NCBI GenBank assembly: GCA_035272805.1
Contig: DATEQI010000597.1
Span: 3,045 to 27,044, forward strand
Length of the DNA stretch: 24,000 nt
Reading direction: 5' to 3'
Source: Alphaproteobacteria bacterium
GTDB lineage: Bacteria > Pseudomonadota > Alphaproteobacteria > JACZXZ01
Part shown: positions 23,049 through 24,000 of the stretch, piece by piece
Numbering within the stretch: the first letter of the stretch is position 1
How the letters are laid out: every line of letters starts with the position of its first letter
Notes under the pieces: generated by a model
Seen by the model: only the letters and a program-made list of their open reading frames with translations
Database searches by the model: none
What the model was told of the DNA's origin: nothing
Position numbers and translations under genes: made by a program

Positions 23049-23845
23049 GCAGCTGGGCAGCACTTGAGCGCGAGCTCGACGCCTGGCAGGCGGCGGGCCG
23101 GGTCGCGAGCCTGTGGTGGCGCGATGACGACGCGGTGGACACCACGCCGGCGCTCGAGCGGCTGCTCGCGACCGCAGGCACCTATGGCATCCCGTTGGCG
23201 CTCGCCGTGGTGCCGCAGCCGGCCCGCGCGAGCCTCGCGGACGCGATCGGCGATGCGCCGGCCGTGACTCCGCTGCCACACGGCTACGCGCATGTGAGCC
23301 ATGCCCCCGCGGGCGCCAAGAGCGGCGAGCTCGGGCCTGCGCGGGCGGTTGCGGTGAACCTCCGTGAAGCAGCACTCGGCTGGCAGCGCCTTCAGGCGCT
23401 CTTCGGCAGCCGGGCCTTCCCCGTGCTCGTGCCGCCGTGGAATCGCATCGATCCGGCGCTCATCCCGCACTTGCCCGGACTCGGCTTTTGCGGCCTCTCG
23501 GCTTGGGGGGCGCGCACAGAAGCGCTTCCGGCACCCGGCCTCGTGCAAGCCAATGCCCACCTCGACCTCATCGACTGGCGCGGCAGCCGCGGCTTCGTCG
23601 GCGAGGCGGATGCGCTCGACGAGCTCGCCTCCCATCTCGCGGCGCGCCGTCGCGGCGAGGTGGACCCGGACGAGCCGAGCGGCCTGCTCACGCACCACCT
23701 CGCTCATGACGCCGGCGCTTGGCGCTTCATCGAGACGCTCTTCGCGCGGACCCTGGGCCACTCTGCCGTCCGCTGGCTCGACGCGGAGGAGATCTTCCGG
23801 CCTTCGCAAGCGAGGCCGCGCGCCGCCGCCCCCGACGGTCCATGA
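23045..23845 (+). CDS. polysaccharide deacetylase (NodB/CE4-like) family protein (266 aa)
   Basis: LWWRDDDAVD is an Asp-Asp motif-1-like block and HGYAHVSH is a His-x-x-x-His metal motif. LVPPWNRI and LLTHHLAHD are also present. Its start overlaps the upstream stop (ATGA). Confidence 0.6.
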   Translation: MSSWAALERELDAWQAAGRVASLWWRDDDAVDTTPALERLLATAGTYGIPLALAVVPQPARASLADAIGDAPAVTPLPHGYAHVSHAPAGAKSGELGPARAVAVNLREAALGWQRLQALFGSRAFPVLVPPWNRIDPALIPHLPGLGFCGLSAWGARTEALPAPGLVQANAHLDLIDWRGSRGFVGEADALDELASHLAARRRGEVDPDEPSGLLTHHLAHDAGAWRFIETLFARTLGHSAVRWLDAEEIFRPSQARPRAAAPDGP

Positions 23846-24000
23846 GCATCCATCGCTATCCCAGGGCGGCATTGCGGGGGGATTACGTGCGGGCCGGGAT
23901 CGGCCTGGTCCTCACGGGCGGGCTCGCGGCACTGGCAGGGGGCCAGCCGGTCGCCACGGGGGTGCTGGGGGGTGCGGCGCTGCTTTTCCTCGCCTTCGCC
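23842..24000 (+). CDS. membrane protein, N-terminal 53 codons (runs off window end)
   Basis: ATG 23842 overlaps the upstream TGA (ATGA). It reads MSIHRYPRAALRGDYVRAGIGLVLTGGLAALAGGQPVATGVLGGAALLFLAFA, with hydrophobic helices, and the frame is open to nt 24000. Confidence 0.5.
   Translation, partial: MSIHRYPRAALRGDYVRAGIGLVLTGGLAALAGGQPVATGVLGGAALLFLAFA

Overview
High-GC, alphaproteobacterium-like chromosomal window (taxon is inference from gene content and synteny). Housekeeping genes fill roughly the first 12 kb. On the - strand these are a partial UbiH-family flavin monooxygenase and a lone Flp pilin. On the + strand they are glnK-amtB, ftsK, two tandem LolA-like paralogs, a PuuD-like class-I amidotransferase, a ferredoxin/FNR-type reductase with a coupled 64-aa ORF, and xthA. 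About 11970-13705 is a small accessory islet of toxin-antitoxin material: an intact higBA, a decayed - strand bicistron, and an orphan antitoxin-like gene with a possible PIN-toxin stub. From 13681 to the window end lies the most interesting locus, two divergent operons. The - strand operon encodes an ABC-exporter-like protein, a stand-alone cyclic-nucleotide-binding protein and a small SAM methyltransferase-like protein. The ABC protein deviates at every catalytic motif I could place and carries a large repeated insertion in its nucleotide-binding domain. The + strand operon is a chain of at least 7 genes, mostly linked by 4-nt start/stop overlaps: two MurG/COG4671-like GTs, two GT4s, a histidine phosphatase, a NodB-like deacetylase and a membrane protein. 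I cannot assign this locus to a named pathway. Other oddities are an ~800-bp AT-rich non-coding gap between amtB and ftsK, a ~129-nt multi-hairpin element just downstream of a promoter-like motif ahead of the reductase gene, and an unusually long glnK-amtB spacer. I saw no rRNA, tRNA, CRISPR array, IS element or transposase. Most long ORFs in the track that lie antisense to or out of frame with these genes are GC-rich shadow ORFs.
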